From an uncultured Candidatus Binatia bacterium (GTDB lineage: Bacteria > Desulfobacterota > Binatia > Bin18), in NCBI GenBank assembly GCA_965214605.1, contig OZ243961.1, positions 2,624,001-2,688,000 on the forward strand: a stretch of 64,000 bases of DNA, given 5' to 3'. Under the pieces are notes generated by a model that saw only the letters and a program-made list of their open reading frames with translations, did not search any database and was not told the DNA's origin. The translations under genes were made by a program, and so were the position numbers. Positions 9,682 to 19,331 of this stretch are shown here, in pieces (the stretch's first letter is position 1; each line of letters begins with the position of its first letter).

Positions 9682-10458
9682 TTAGTTAGGATAGCCCAAG
9701 CGGCTTGATAACTCGTGGCCGGCCCTTATCGCCAGTGGGATGATCTCGCGTTCCGTCCGCTCAGGGGGGATACGATAGGCGGGCCCACTGACCGCCAAAC
9801 TGCCGACGACCGTACGCGTATAATCCTTGATTGGGACGGCGACGCTGCGGATGTCGGCCACATATTCGCCATTATCGACCGCGTAGCCGTTGCTGGCAAT
9901 CGCGCCTAACTGCTCAATAAGAACCGGCCGGTCAGTAATCGTCCGTTGGGTGTGCTGGGGCAGCTCGTCGAGCAGGACGCGTTGGATCTCTTCGGCCGGC
10001 TCAAAGGCGAGATGGACCTTACCCACCGCCGTACAGTGTAAGGGGAGGTTTTCGCCGACCTGCGACACAATCCGAATCGGCTGGTCGGATTCAACCATAT
10101 CAAGCGGCACGACTGTTCCTTTACGCATGACGGCCACGTAAGCACTCTCTCGACAGTCTCTCACCACCTCGGCCATGATCGGCCGGGCTTGTTGGAGCAA
10201 GCCCATATGCTGAATATAGGTCTGACCCAACTGGAGACACTTTGTTCCCAAACGGTAGTTCTCAGTTGAGCGATTCTGTTCTATATAGTCACGGGATTCC
10301 AGAGTTGCCAGAATACGGAAAACATTGTTTTTGTGCAGATTCAGCCGTTTGCTCAGCTCGGTAACGCCCAGCTCTCCATCGTTATGGAACTGTTCCAACA
10401 CATCCAAAGCCCGTATCACGGCTTGGATGATGTAGTTGCTTTTTTCACGGAGAACCAT
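9682..10458 (-). CDS. IclR family transcriptional regulator
   Basis: N-terminal HTH (GVTELSKRLNLHKNNVFRIL), PLHCTAVGK, GYAVDNGE. Confidence 0.9.
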   Translation of the reverse strand: MVLREKSNYIIQAVIRALDVLEQFHNDGELGVTELSKRLNLHKNNVFRILATLESRDYIEQNRSTENYRLGTKCLQLGQTYIQHMGLLQQARPIMAEVVRDCRESAYVAVMRKGTVVPLDMVESDQPIRIVSQVGENLPLHCTAVGKVHLAFEPAEEIQRVLLDELPQHTQRTITDRPVLIEQLGAIASNGYAVDNGEYVADIRSVAVPIKDYTRTVVGSLAVSGPAYRIPPERTEREIIPLAIRAGHELSSRLGYPN

Positions 10459-10509
10459 GCTTCCTCCTGACACCACGGACTATAAGCAAATAACGTTCTA
10501 CTTTAGTAG

Positions 10510-11322
10510 ATGTCTTTTCCTTTTGTCAACACGGTCCGGTCCCTGAGCGGGAGAGACGCAATGGGGGCTGATGCGGCTTTTACCATTCTCAATCCGGACG
10601 GGCGTTTTCCGCTTGTGCTGACCTGTGAACACGCCTCGTGTCGTGTCCCGGCCGGGTACCAGAATCTGGGCCTGAATACGGCCGCTCTGCGCCAACATAT
10701 TGGCTGGGATATTGGCGCCCGGGCGGTTCTTGAGGCCGTTGTGCAGAGGCTCGATGCTCCGGCCGTTTGCTCGGGCTATTCGCGTCTGCTCATCGACTGC
10801 AACCGGGCGCTGCACGCTCATGACCTGATCGTGACCCACAGTGACGGGACACTCATCCCCGGCAATCAGGGCCTCTCGTCGACCGAGCGGCACAAACGTA
10901 TCACGGAGTTCTACCAGCCCTACCATGACGCGATTGATATGACCCTGAGCCGGCTGCTGGCTAGACGGAGCGCTGTCCGGCCAGCCCTCCTCAGCCTGCA
11001 CAGTTTTACACCGGCGCTACGTGGCCAAGCCGAGAATGGGCGCGCGTTTGATATTGGGATTCTGTTTGATCGTTACCAAAACCTGGCCACTGCCCTTGGC
11101 CGGCGGTTGCACAGGGCGGGCTATCGGGTGCGCCATAATGAGCCGTATTCCGGCTATGAGGGGATGATTTTCAGCGTTCACAGTCATGGCCGGCGGCATC
11201 GGCTTGTGTATATGGAGCTGGAAATGAATAATGGTCTGCTCACGCAGTCCGACAGTATTGGCCGGATGGCTGAGGCTATCAGCGAGGCGTGCAGCACGCT
11301 GTTTCCCTCGCCCGACGGGTAA
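10510..11322 (+). CDS. N-formylglutamate amidohydrolase family protein
   Basis: TCEHAS, HIGWDIGA, SRLLIDCNR, SLHSFTP, NEPYSG; true start may be ATG 10561. Confidence 0.85.
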   Translation: MSFPFVNTVRSLSGRDAMGADAAFTILNPDGRFPLVLTCEHASCRVPAGYQNLGLNTAALRQHIGWDIGARAVLEAVVQRLDAPAVCSGYSRLLIDCNRALHAHDLIVTHSDGTLIPGNQGLSSTERHKRITEFYQPYHDAIDMTLSRLLARRSAVRPALLSLHSFTPALRGQAENGRAFDIGILFDRYQNLATALGRRLHRAGYRVRHNEPYSGYEGMIFSVHSHGRRHRLVYMELEMNNGLLTQSDSIGRMAEAISEACSTLFPSPDG

Positions 11323-11344
11323 GGACAGCCGAAAAGGGGAGTGT

Positions 11345-12265
11345 ATGCGTATCATTTTGATTGGCCAAGCCGCGTTTGCCGAAAAAACGCTTGAGAAGCT
11401 CGTTGAAAAAGGTGAGGAGGTGGTTGCCGTCTTTTGCCCGCCTGATGCGGCCGAAGGGAGACTCGATCCGGTTAAACAACGGGCGAGTGCGCTCGGTATT
11501 CCCGTTCACCAACACAAGTCAATGAAGAGGGAGCAGGCCGAGGTGGTCAAGAAATTTGAGGAGCTCGACGCCGACCTCGCGATCCTCGCATTTGTGACCC
11601 AGATCGTGCCGCCGGCCGTCTTTAACGCCCCGAAGTGGGGGAGTATCTGTTTCCATCCTTCGCTATTGCCCAAGTATCGTGGGCGGAGCGCGATGAACTG
11701 GGCCTTGATCAACGGGGAAACCAAGACCGGCTTAACCCTGTTCTGGGTTGATGAGGGGATCGATACCGGACCGATTCTGTTGCAGAAAGAAGTCGCGATT
11801 GATCCCGACGATACCACCGGTACGCTGTATTTCAACAAGATCTTTGCGCTCGGCGTTGATGCGATTGCCGAGTCGGTTGACCTGATCAGGGCCGGCAACC
11901 CGCCCCGTCTGGTTCAGGACGAGTCTCGGGCAAACTATGATCCGCCGTGCGCGGATGAGCACGGACAGATCGACTGGTCCAAGCCCGCCCAGCAAATTTA
12001 CAATCAGATCCGGGGCTGTGATCCACAGCCCGGTGCGCATACCGCCTGGCAGGGACACCTGCTCCGCCTCTATGACTGTCGACTTCAGCCCGCCAGCGTG
12101 ACAGGGGCGGCTGGACAAGTCATTAAAGTGGGCCAGGAAACCGTCAGCATTGCCGCTTCTGGAGGCACGCTGGTGGCCAAGAAAATGCGCGGCCAGGGTA
12201 AGAAGCTGGCCGCCGCAGAAGTGGCCGCCCAGAGCGGCTTTGGGGTGGGGGATAGGCTGGAATGA
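11345..12265 (+). CDS. Fmt-like formyltransferase / 10-formyl-THF hydrolase-like protein
   Basis: HPSLLPKYRG, DEGIDTGPI, IRGCDPQPGA; N-terminus MRIILIGQAAFA. Confidence 0.8.
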   Translation: MRIILIGQAAFAEKTLEKLVEKGEEVVAVFCPPDAAEGRLDPVKQRASALGIPVHQHKSMKREQAEVVKKFEELDADLAILAFVTQIVPPAVFNAPKWGSICFHPSLLPKYRGRSAMNWALINGETKTGLTLFWVDEGIDTGPILLQKEVAIDPDDTTGTLYFNKIFALGVDAIAESVDLIRAGNPPRLVQDESRANYDPPCADEHGQIDWSKPAQQIYNQIRGCDPQPGAHTAWQGHLLRLYDCRLQPASVTGAAGQVIKVGQETVSIAASGGTLVAKKMRGQGKKLAAAEVAAQSGFGVGDRLE

Positions 12266-12295
12266 GGAGAGACAGAGGGGCCGGCTGTGACGTCT

Positions 12296-12805
12296 CTAGA
12301 TTTGGGAGGCAAGCGGCTCTAGTTCAATCAACACCTGACCAAGTTCGACCAGCTCTCCGGGTGCGACGTGGATCGTTTTCACCCTGGCCCTTTCTTCGCT
12401 GGCCAGGGCATTTTCCATTTTCATGGCTTCGAGTACCAGGAGGGTCTGGTTGGCTTCGACCTCATCGCCCTGTTCAGCCCGCACTTCAAGAATTTTGCCC
12501 GGCATAGGAGAGCGGATTTCGGGCTCCCAGCCGCCTGCCCGGCTTCTACGCCTGCGGGCGTGGGTGTCCTGAGCCCTGCTAAATTCATACACCCGCCCCT
12601 CAACGGCGACCAAAATGCGGGAGCCGTGGGTGGCGACATGGGCCTTAACGGCCTGGCCGTCGACGAGGAGCGTGACCGCTCCGTTCCGGGCCGAGATCAG
12701 ACGGGCCTGCCCAGTCTGCTCGTTCAGGCTGAACTCGCACAGGTCCCCGCTCAGGGTGTAGGTGAGGACTAACGGCTCGTCCTGGACGTACAGGGTGGTC
12801 TTCAT
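12296..12805 (-). CDS. Biotin carboxyl carrier protein
   Basis: SPMPGKI...EAMKMEN biotinylation motif. Confidence 0.9.
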   Translation of the reverse strand: MKTTLYVQDEPLVLTYTLSGDLCEFSLNEQTGQARLISARNGAVTLLVDGQAVKAHVATHGSRILVAVEGRVYEFSRAQDTHARRRRSRAGGWEPEIRSPMPGKILEVRAEQGDEVEANQTLLVLEAMKMENALASEERARVKTIHVAPGELVELGQVLIELEPLASQI

Positions 12806-14301
12806 CGGCGACTCTGTCCTAAACGCCAGCCGCCGATTTGGGTCCACGGGCTTGGCCGAGGGGTGTGGACATCCGCCGCCTGGGCCGACCCGCGCTGGGC
12901 TTGGCCGAGCGCCGCAGCCAAGACGGCAGCGGTCCGATGGGTGGTCGTATCTGGATGCCAGTCTTGGAAATATTCGGTCAGAAAGCCGGTATGGGTGTGT
13001 CCGGCAATAAACGCCGGATGGGCTAACAGGTCGAGCAGAAACGGCCCGTTTGTGATCGGGCCAAGTACCACACACTGGCGGAGGGCGGCCTGCAGGCGTT
13101 GGCGTGCCTGCTCGCGATCTTGACCCCAGGTTGAGAGCTTGGCAATCAGCGGATCGTAATACACGCTGACTTGGCTCTCTAACTCCACTCCCGCATCGAC
13201 CCGAACGCCGGGCCCGCTCGGTGGCCGCCAGGCCAAGACCGGGCCAGGAGCGGGTAGGAAGCCGTGAGCCGGGTCTTCGGCGTACAGCCGACACTCACAG
13301 GCGTGGCCGCTGGGCTGTATCGCGTCCTGACCGAAGCCGAGGGTTTCGCCAGCGGCAATACGAATCTGTTCGCGGACAAGATCAAGGCCGGTGACGAGCT
13401 CCGTGATTGGGTGTTCGACCTGCAGTCGCGCATTGACCTCCAGGAAGTAGAAACGGCCCTGGTTATCGAGGATAAATTCTACCGTGCCCGCGTTATGATA
13501 GCCCGCGGCTCGGGCTACAGCCAGGGCGGCTTGGGTCATTTCCGCCCGCAGATGCTCTGAGACCGCGGGTGAGGGCGTTTCTTCAAAAATTTTCTGATAG
13601 CGGCGCTGAATTGAGCACTCCCGCTCGCCCAAGTGGACCAAGGTCCCGTGTTGGTCGCCTAGCACTTGGACCTCAACGTGGTGGGGGTTTTCCAGATAGC
13701 GCTCAATATAGACCGTCCCTTCGCCAAAGGCCGCGGCCGCTTCACGCCGCGCGGTCGCCAGGGCCTCGTCTAGCTCGTCTTGACTGCGGACAATGCGCAT
13801 GCCTTTACCACCGCCCCCGGCCGCGGCTTTGATCAGCAACGGATAGCCGAGCGAGCTAACCTGTTCTTTGAGTACCGCGGGCTCGGCGGACGGGTGTTCC
13901 AGAGCCGGAATGACCGGCACGCCAAGCGAGGAAACGGTTTGGCGGGCAAAGATTTTATTGCCGACGGCTGACAGGGATTGGGGGGCCGGGCCGATAAAGG
14001 TCAAGCCGGCCTCTTGCACCCGGGTGGCGAACATGGCGTTTTCCGAAAGGAAACCATAGCCTGGGTGAATAGCCTGGGCGCCGGTGTGCCGAGCTGCGGC
14101 AATAATTGCCTCGCCGTTCAGATAACTTTCGGTCGCCTGAGCTGGGCCGATACACACCGCCTCGTCAGCCGCGTGCAGGTGGGGAGAAGACAGGTCGGCT
14201 TCGGAGTACACCGCAACGGCCGCGATTCCCATCTCGTGGCAGCTGCGTGCGACGCGGGCGGCAATCTCGCCGCGATTGGCAATCAGGATCTTTTTGAACA
14301 C
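12802..14301 (-). CDS. Biotin carboxylase subunit of an acyl-CoA carboxylase
   Basis: ILIANRGEIA, HPGYGFLSEN, GGGGKGMR, RECSIQRR, EVNARLQVEHP. Confidence 0.95.
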   Translation of the reverse strand: MFKKILIANRGEIAARVARSCHEMGIAAVAVYSEADLSSPHLHAADEAVCIGPAQATESYLNGEAIIAAARHTGAQAIHPGYGFLSENAMFATRVQEAGLTFIGPAPQSLSAVGNKIFARQTVSSLGVPVIPALEHPSAEPAVLKEQVSSLGYPLLIKAAAGGGGKGMRIVRSQDELDEALATARREAAAAFGEGTVYIERYLENPHHVEVQVLGDQHGTLVHLGERECSIQRRYQKIFEETPSPAVSEHLRAEMTQAALAVARAAGYHNAGTVEFILDNQGRFYFLEVNARLQVEHPITELVTGLDLVREQIRIAAGETLGFGQDAIQPSGHACECRLYAEDPAHGFLPAPGPVLAWRPPSGPGVRVDAGVELESQVSVYYDPLIAKLSTWGQDREQARQRLQAALRQCVVLGPITNGPFLLDLLAHPAFIAGHTHTGFLTEYFQDWHPDTTTHRTAAVLAAALGQAQRGSAQAADVHTPRPSPWTQIGGWRLGQSRR

Positions 14302-14393
14302 AGCCGGGGCCTCGGATATGCGGAGTCTCGGATCGTCTGGCCCTGCCAGCAGTAGTCTGATCGGGGAGCTTTGTCTACTCCCCGGCGGTCGAG

Positions 14394-15401
14394 TTACTGA
14401 ACCTTCTGATACTTGCGATAGTCATAGCCGGTGGCCATGGCCAGCAGCAGCTTGTCCATACCGCCCGGCCGCTCGCGGCGCAAGACGCGCAGGCACGCCA
14501 GAAAGCCTTGGTAGTCGGTCTGGACCGGCAGCTTACGGTCTGCGCTGCGAAAGAGAAAATCTCTGAGCCGGGTGACGGTGAAACGCAGGGCGGAAAACCG
14601 CAATTCATTAGGAAAGGCGTCCCACTCAACCAAAGATAAGGACCGAACTTCTTGATAGCCGTCAATCAGGGCGTTAAAGCGGTCAAGATGATAACGGTCG
14701 TCGAGGTAGCACAGGACGTTGACCGCTGTCGCGAGGTCGGCAATCAGTTTTCCCTGGCCCGCCGCTTTAAAACCGAGAATACCGGACACCTTTCTCCCGC
14801 GGAAGAGCAGGTTGTCGGCAAACACGTCGCCATGAATGATGCCTTTTGGCAGCCGCTCTTCGAGATACTCTTCATGGTGGGCGAGCTCGTCGTCCAAGAT
14901 GTGTTTGATCTGTTTCAGATGGGACGGGATGCGCAGGTGGAGGTAGAGGTCTCGAATGCGGGCAAAGCTAAACCGGTTCTCCAGACCAGGTTTATAGTCT
15001 TGTCCGGCTCGGTGGAGGGTGCCCAGTGTTTTGCCGACCTGATACACATGCTCAGGACTCATTTGGTCTGCAGTGCGTTCTTTTCCGGACAGGGCGGCGT
15101 AGACGGAAACCGCTTTGCCTTTGTACTCGCGCAGGAAGTGGCCGTTTTGGTCGGCAATCGGCCTAGGACATGCGATGCCCTTGGTCCGCAGAAAGACCAA
15201 CAGCTCAATCTCGCGCTGCGCCTGCTCGGCGTCCTTGACCTCGTCTATCTTGAGAAAGAATTTCCCCTTGCCAAATTCGAGACGATAGTAGGTGTTGACC
15301 GACCCGGCCGGAACGCCGCTGACATCGGAGAGTTCGCCCAGCTGATAGGGCTTGAGGATGCGCTCCAGAGTTCTTCGATGGAGGACGGTATAGACCGCCA
15401 T
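14394..15401 (-). CDS. thrB: Type II homoserine kinase-like (APH fold)
   Basis: MAVYT, GSVNTYY, LPKGIIHGDVFADN, ALRFTVTRL. Confidence 0.75.
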   Translation of the reverse strand: MAVYTVLHRRTLERILKPYQLGELSDVSGVPAGSVNTYYRLEFGKGKFFLKIDEVKDAEQAQREIELLVFLRTKGIACPRPIADQNGHFLREYKGKAVSVYAALSGKERTADQMSPEHVYQVGKTLGTLHRAGQDYKPGLENRFSFARIRDLYLHLRIPSHLKQIKHILDDELAHHEEYLEERLPKGIIHGDVFADNLLFRGRKVSGILGFKAAGQGKLIADLATAVNVLCYLDDRYHLDRFNALIDGYQEVRSLSLVEWDAFPNELRFSALRFTVTRLRDFLFRSADRKLPVQTDYQGFLACLRVLRRERPGGMDKLLLAMATGYDYRKYQKVQ

Positions 15402-15531
15402 GATTCCGCCCTAAACATGGATGGTGTTACGACCCACAACCCTGAGAACAGGACAATAAACTGGCCCAGCCTACCTCCTGCCCCCCGTTATGTCAAGAAA
15501 AATGAGCGCACCCATGTCGCCCGCTCGCAGT

Positions 15532-17286
15532 CTACCAGCCAATAACATACGACGGCATGCGTTTGCTCAGTTCCCCGCGTGGATCTGCCCCGCCTTTGAT
15601 GATGCCGCGCTCCGGGTCAACACAGAGACCGAGTACGTCGCCCTCACTCCAATCTGCTTTGCTCTCGACGCTATGGCCTCGGGCCTCAAGCTGGCGGTGG
15701 ACCTGGCTTGGGATACGGCCTTCTAGGCGCAGCAGACCTGACACGGCCTTATGCGGAAAGAAGCTCGACGGAAAATGGGCTGAGGAGAAACGCGGGGCCT
15801 CAATCGCGTCCTGGACTTCCATGCCAAAGTCAACCACATTCAAGAAAAATTGCAGGGTCCACTGATCTTGCTGGTCGCCTCCGGGCGTGCCAAAGACCAT
15901 ACACGGTTCACCGTTGCGCAGCACCAGGCTCGGCGTCAGGGTCGTACGCGGTTGTTTGCCCGGAAGTAGAGCGTTGGGATGGCGCGGGTCAAGAAAGAAG
16001 GTTTGAACCCGGGTTCCCAGCGGGAAGCCGAGACCGTCAATCACTGGAGAAGACGGAATCCAGGCTCCGCTTGGGGTAAAAGAGGCCATATTGCGCTCCG
16101 TATCGACCACCGTGACATACACGGTCCCCGGTCCCCAGTTCCGGGCGGCAAAAATCTCCTCCCCCTCCAGCAGTGCCACCCCGGTATGGGGATTACCGGG
16201 GCGTTGGTCGTGGGAGGCGTGGTGGGGGTCGATCAGAATGCGCCGTTGCGCCGCATACTCTTTGGAGAGCAGGCTGTTGAGTGGGACATCGACAAATTTT
16301 GGATCGCCGTAATACTGTTCCCGGTCGGCAAAGGCGAGCTTCAGACTTTCGATGACGGTATGGATATAGTCGGCGCTATTATGGCCCAAGCTGGCGAGGT
16401 CATAGCCCTCTAGGAGCGCGAGCTGTTGCAGAAACACCGGTCCTTGACTCCACGGGCCGCATTTATACACCTCGTAGCCGCGGTAAGTATACGAGACCGG
16501 CTCCTCGACCGTGGTGCGAAACTCGGCCAGGTCGTGCGTGCGTAACAGCCCGCCGTGGGCTTTGCTGTGCTCCTCAATGATCTGCGCAATTTCTCCGCGA
16601 TAAAAGGCATCCCGGGCTGCCTCCAGACCAGCCTCACGACCCTGTCCTTGGGCGTTCTGCTCGGCGTCCATCAGACGCCGGAAGGTGTGGCCTAAGTCCG
16701 GATTTTTGAGAATTTCTCCTACATCGGGGAGCCGGTCCTCAGGCAAATAGACTTTGGCCGAAGACGGCCACTCGGTGCGAAACCGTTTCGCATTGCCCGC
16801 AATTGAGAAATCCATCTGCATGTACGCCGGGGCAGGACCGCGTAGCGCGCGATGGAGCGGAAAGCCGCCTTCGGCCAGTTCAAGGGCCGGTTCCACAACC
16901 TGGCGGAAACTCAGGGTGCCAAAGCGTCGGAGAACACCAATCAGCGCATCAGGCACAGCACAAGGACCGGCGGCTTCAACGCCGTTGAACGGAATCAGCG
17001 GAATATCCTGTTCCTGAAACCACTCAATCGTGGCCGCTCGGGGTGCAGCCGTATTGCCGTTGATGGCCGCCACCCGCCCATCGGCTGCGGTGTACACGAG
17101 GGCCGAGATCTCTCCGCCAAAGGTATGCATATGCGGGTTCAGCACCCCCTCGGCCAGAGTTGCCGCGACGGCCGCGTCAAACGCATTGCCTCCGGCTTGC
17201 AGAATACGCAGTCCGGCTTGGGTTGAGAGATAATGTTCGGTGGCAACCATGCCTCGCGTGCCCATCAGGGTCGGACGATAGCCCAT
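15532..17286 (-). CDS. Gamma-glutamyltransferase family (Ntn hydrolase)
   Basis: GGNAFDAAVA, AFADREQYYGDP, TVYVTVVD nucleophile site, FGTPGGDQQ, GADPR. Confidence 0.9.
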   Translation of the reverse strand: MGYRPTLMGTRGMVATEHYLSTQAGLRILQAGGNAFDAAVAATLAEGVLNPHMHTFGGEISALVYTAADGRVAAINGNTAAPRAATIEWFQEQDIPLIPFNGVEAAGPCAVPDALIGVLRRFGTLSFRQVVEPALELAEGGFPLHRALRGPAPAYMQMDFSIAGNAKRFRTEWPSSAKVYLPEDRLPDVGEILKNPDLGHTFRRLMDAEQNAQGQGREAGLEAARDAFYRGEIAQIIEEHSKAHGGLLRTHDLAEFRTTVEEPVSYTYRGYEVYKCGPWSQGPVFLQQLALLEGYDLASLGHNSADYIHTVIESLKLAFADREQYYGDPKFVDVPLNSLLSKEYAAQRRILIDPHHASHDQRPGNPHTGVALLEGEEIFAARNWGPGTVYVTVVDTERNMASFTPSGAWIPSSPVIDGLGFPLGTRVQTFFLDPRHPNALLPGKQPRTTLTPSLVLRNGEPCMVFGTPGGDQQDQWTLQFFLNVVDFGMEVQDAIEAPRFSSAHFPSSFFPHKAVSGLLRLEGRIPSQVHRQLEARGHSVESKADWSEGDVLGLCVDPERGIIKGGADPRGELSKRMPSYVIGW

Positions 17287-17833
17287 GAGATTCTCCTTTG
17301 CGTCGGTGCTGCGCACTCTGCGCGCGGTTGTGGGTCCACAGCAGCTTCTTTATCAACCTCGGCGGGCTCTGAGAGCCGGGCAGGGTAATTTCCTGCATGA
17401 AAAATATCAGGAAGGTATCACACGACCGCCTCCGCACGGCTCCAGGCCCGACGCACATAGCCGGCACAGGCCCCGAGTCCGGCTTCTCTGTTTTTTTGTC
17501 CAGGAGAGATATTTTCCATGAACTTTCACCTGAGGATACCAGGCCAGGCGGGCTGCCGGCTTCTCCTCACCGGGTCAGCCCGCAGCGGAAGGCCAAGGGC
17601 CGTCCGAAGCCACTGACCGGAGGTCTGCGCTGAACAGCCGCCTCGCCACAGACGGGACGACAGTCTCTGGCACTATACGCGAAAAGCTGAGCGGGAATAA
17701 AGCCCGTCGGCCGGGGATTATTCGAAGCATGGCGATAGTCACGTTTGGCAATCTGGGCCGTGATCCCCCTTGATGAGCGAGCACGCCATTTCTATAGTCG
17801 GCAAGATACTGCAGAATTTAAGGAGGGTACCCT

Positions 17834-19228
17834 ATGTCTTTTGTACGCTTGACAAGCTTGGGACTAGCTGTGGCGCTCGCGCTCATTGCAGGTCCGGTCT
17901 TAGCCGAGCTCAATCCAGGCGATAAGCTCGACAGCTCAAACTGCGAGGAAGCCCGCAGCATGCTGCCGGACTTTGTTACTGAAAAGTTCTGTGCCGGCGA
18001 CTACGCCGCAGAGATCATTGAGGTGACGGACGAGCAGTTCCAGTACAGCACCAAGTTCAAATCCGGCTCCGAGACCAACGCCGGAAAGTACTATGTGACC
18101 GATTCGGGTCACATGTACGAGACCGAGAGCCAAACCTGGCCGAAGTTTTGGTACGGCTTTCCGTTTCCGGGTCTCAGCTCCGCGCTCTCCCAAGACAACT
18201 GGCAAGGTGAGCTGTCCAAGGATCGTACGATCCCCTACAAAATTATGTACAACCACCAAGTCGCGCGCTTTCAGATCGACGACGTGTACTGGTTTCTGTC
18301 AATCAAGTGGTGTACGCCGGAGGGGTTTGACCGTTCGGTCGAATTTGGCGCCTACGCAACCTGGTATATCGGTCGGCACTCGGGCCCAATGGAAAATCCC
18401 GATGAGACCTACCTCAAAGACATCATTTTTGGGGTTGCTCCCTACGACGTGGTCGGGGTCTCGACCCTCGAATACTGGTTCACTGACCCGGAAAAATGGC
18501 AGTCCATCTGGGCCTTTGTGCCGACCATTCGTCGTGTGCGGCGTCTGACCGCCTCGAACTCGTCCGAGGGGCTGTTCGGCTCAATCATCGCTCGTGATGA
18601 TCCCTATGGCTGGGCCGGAAAAATCCAGTATATGAACTGGAATCTGATCGGTATTCAGGACATGCTCGTCCCGATTGCGCCAACCGGCATAGAAAAAGCT
18701 ATGCTGCCGGGTGAGGCTGCGCCGAAAAAATTGCCCTCCGACGATGCGAATATCACCAACAAGGGACAGATCCCGTCGGGTCAGGTCGCTCGCATCTCCT
18801 GGTCGCCGGAAGAGCGGATTATGCACGGCTACGAAACGCCGGGCTGGACCGGGAAGGCTTGGGCGCCGACCAACCTCAAGCTGGCCAAACGGACCTGCTG
18901 GGTTGTCGAAGCAACGCCCAAGGATCCCTACTACGCCTATGGCCGCCGGATTCTCTATATCGACAAGCACGCCTACTGGGCCTACTGGACGACGCTGTAC
19001 GACCGGGCTGGTGAATACTGGAAGACCATCATCTGGATGGACAAGATGGGCTACACGCCGGGTCGGGACATGACGGTCCGCCATCCGTTCTGGGGTGTTG
19101 GCGAGGACGTCCGGCAGAATCGGGGCAGCTTCTTTGACGTGCAGTCCAAGGGCTACTACACCGAGTATGAGCTGGGCTTTCCGGATTCCACTTATACAAC
19201 GAGTAACTTAGCCGCCCTGGGGAAATAA
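17834..19228 (+). CDS. DUF1329 / outer-membrane lipoprotein-sorting-like exported protein
   Basis: Signal peptide; GFPFP, PTIRRVRR, WVVEATPKDPYYAYGRR, YDRAGEYWK. Confidence 0.8.
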   Translation: MSFVRLTSLGLAVALALIAGPVLAELNPGDKLDSSNCEEARSMLPDFVTEKFCAGDYAAEIIEVTDEQFQYSTKFKSGSETNAGKYYVTDSGHMYETESQTWPKFWYGFPFPGLSSALSQDNWQGELSKDRTIPYKIMYNHQVARFQIDDVYWFLSIKWCTPEGFDRSVEFGAYATWYIGRHSGPMENPDETYLKDIIFGVAPYDVVGVSTLEYWFTDPEKWQSIWAFVPTIRRVRRLTASNSSEGLFGSIIARDDPYGWAGKIQYMNWNLIGIQDMLVPIAPTGIEKAMLPGEAAPKKLPSDDANITNKGQIPSGQVARISWSPEERIMHGYETPGWTGKAWAPTNLKLAKRTCWVVEATPKDPYYAYGRRILYIDKHAYWAYWTTLYDRAGEYWKTIIWMDKMGYTPGRDMTVRHPFWGVGEDVRQNRGSFFDVQSKGYYTEYELGFPDSTYTTSNLAALGK

Positions 19229-19252
19229 GGGCGTTATCCCAACGTCCCGCCG

Positions 19253-19287
19253 GGAAGAGGGGGTGGGTTTTCCCACCCTCTCTTTCC
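19253..19287 (+). terminator. Putative intrinsic terminator
   Basis: GC-rich hairpin (GAGGGGGTGGG-TTTT-CCCACCCTCTC) just after the DUF1329 stop. Confidence 0.55.
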
Positions 19288-19331
19288 TTGTGCGGGACGT
19301 CGAACGTGCCAACGGACAGGGGCGCTGAGAG

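Noticed and set aside
17685-17712. GCGGGAATAAAGCCCG resembles the 3' hairpin of ykkC/guanidine-I riboswitches
   Set aside because: The 5' conserved elements (AGGGTTCCG, GTCCGAG) are absent and the downstream gene does not fit
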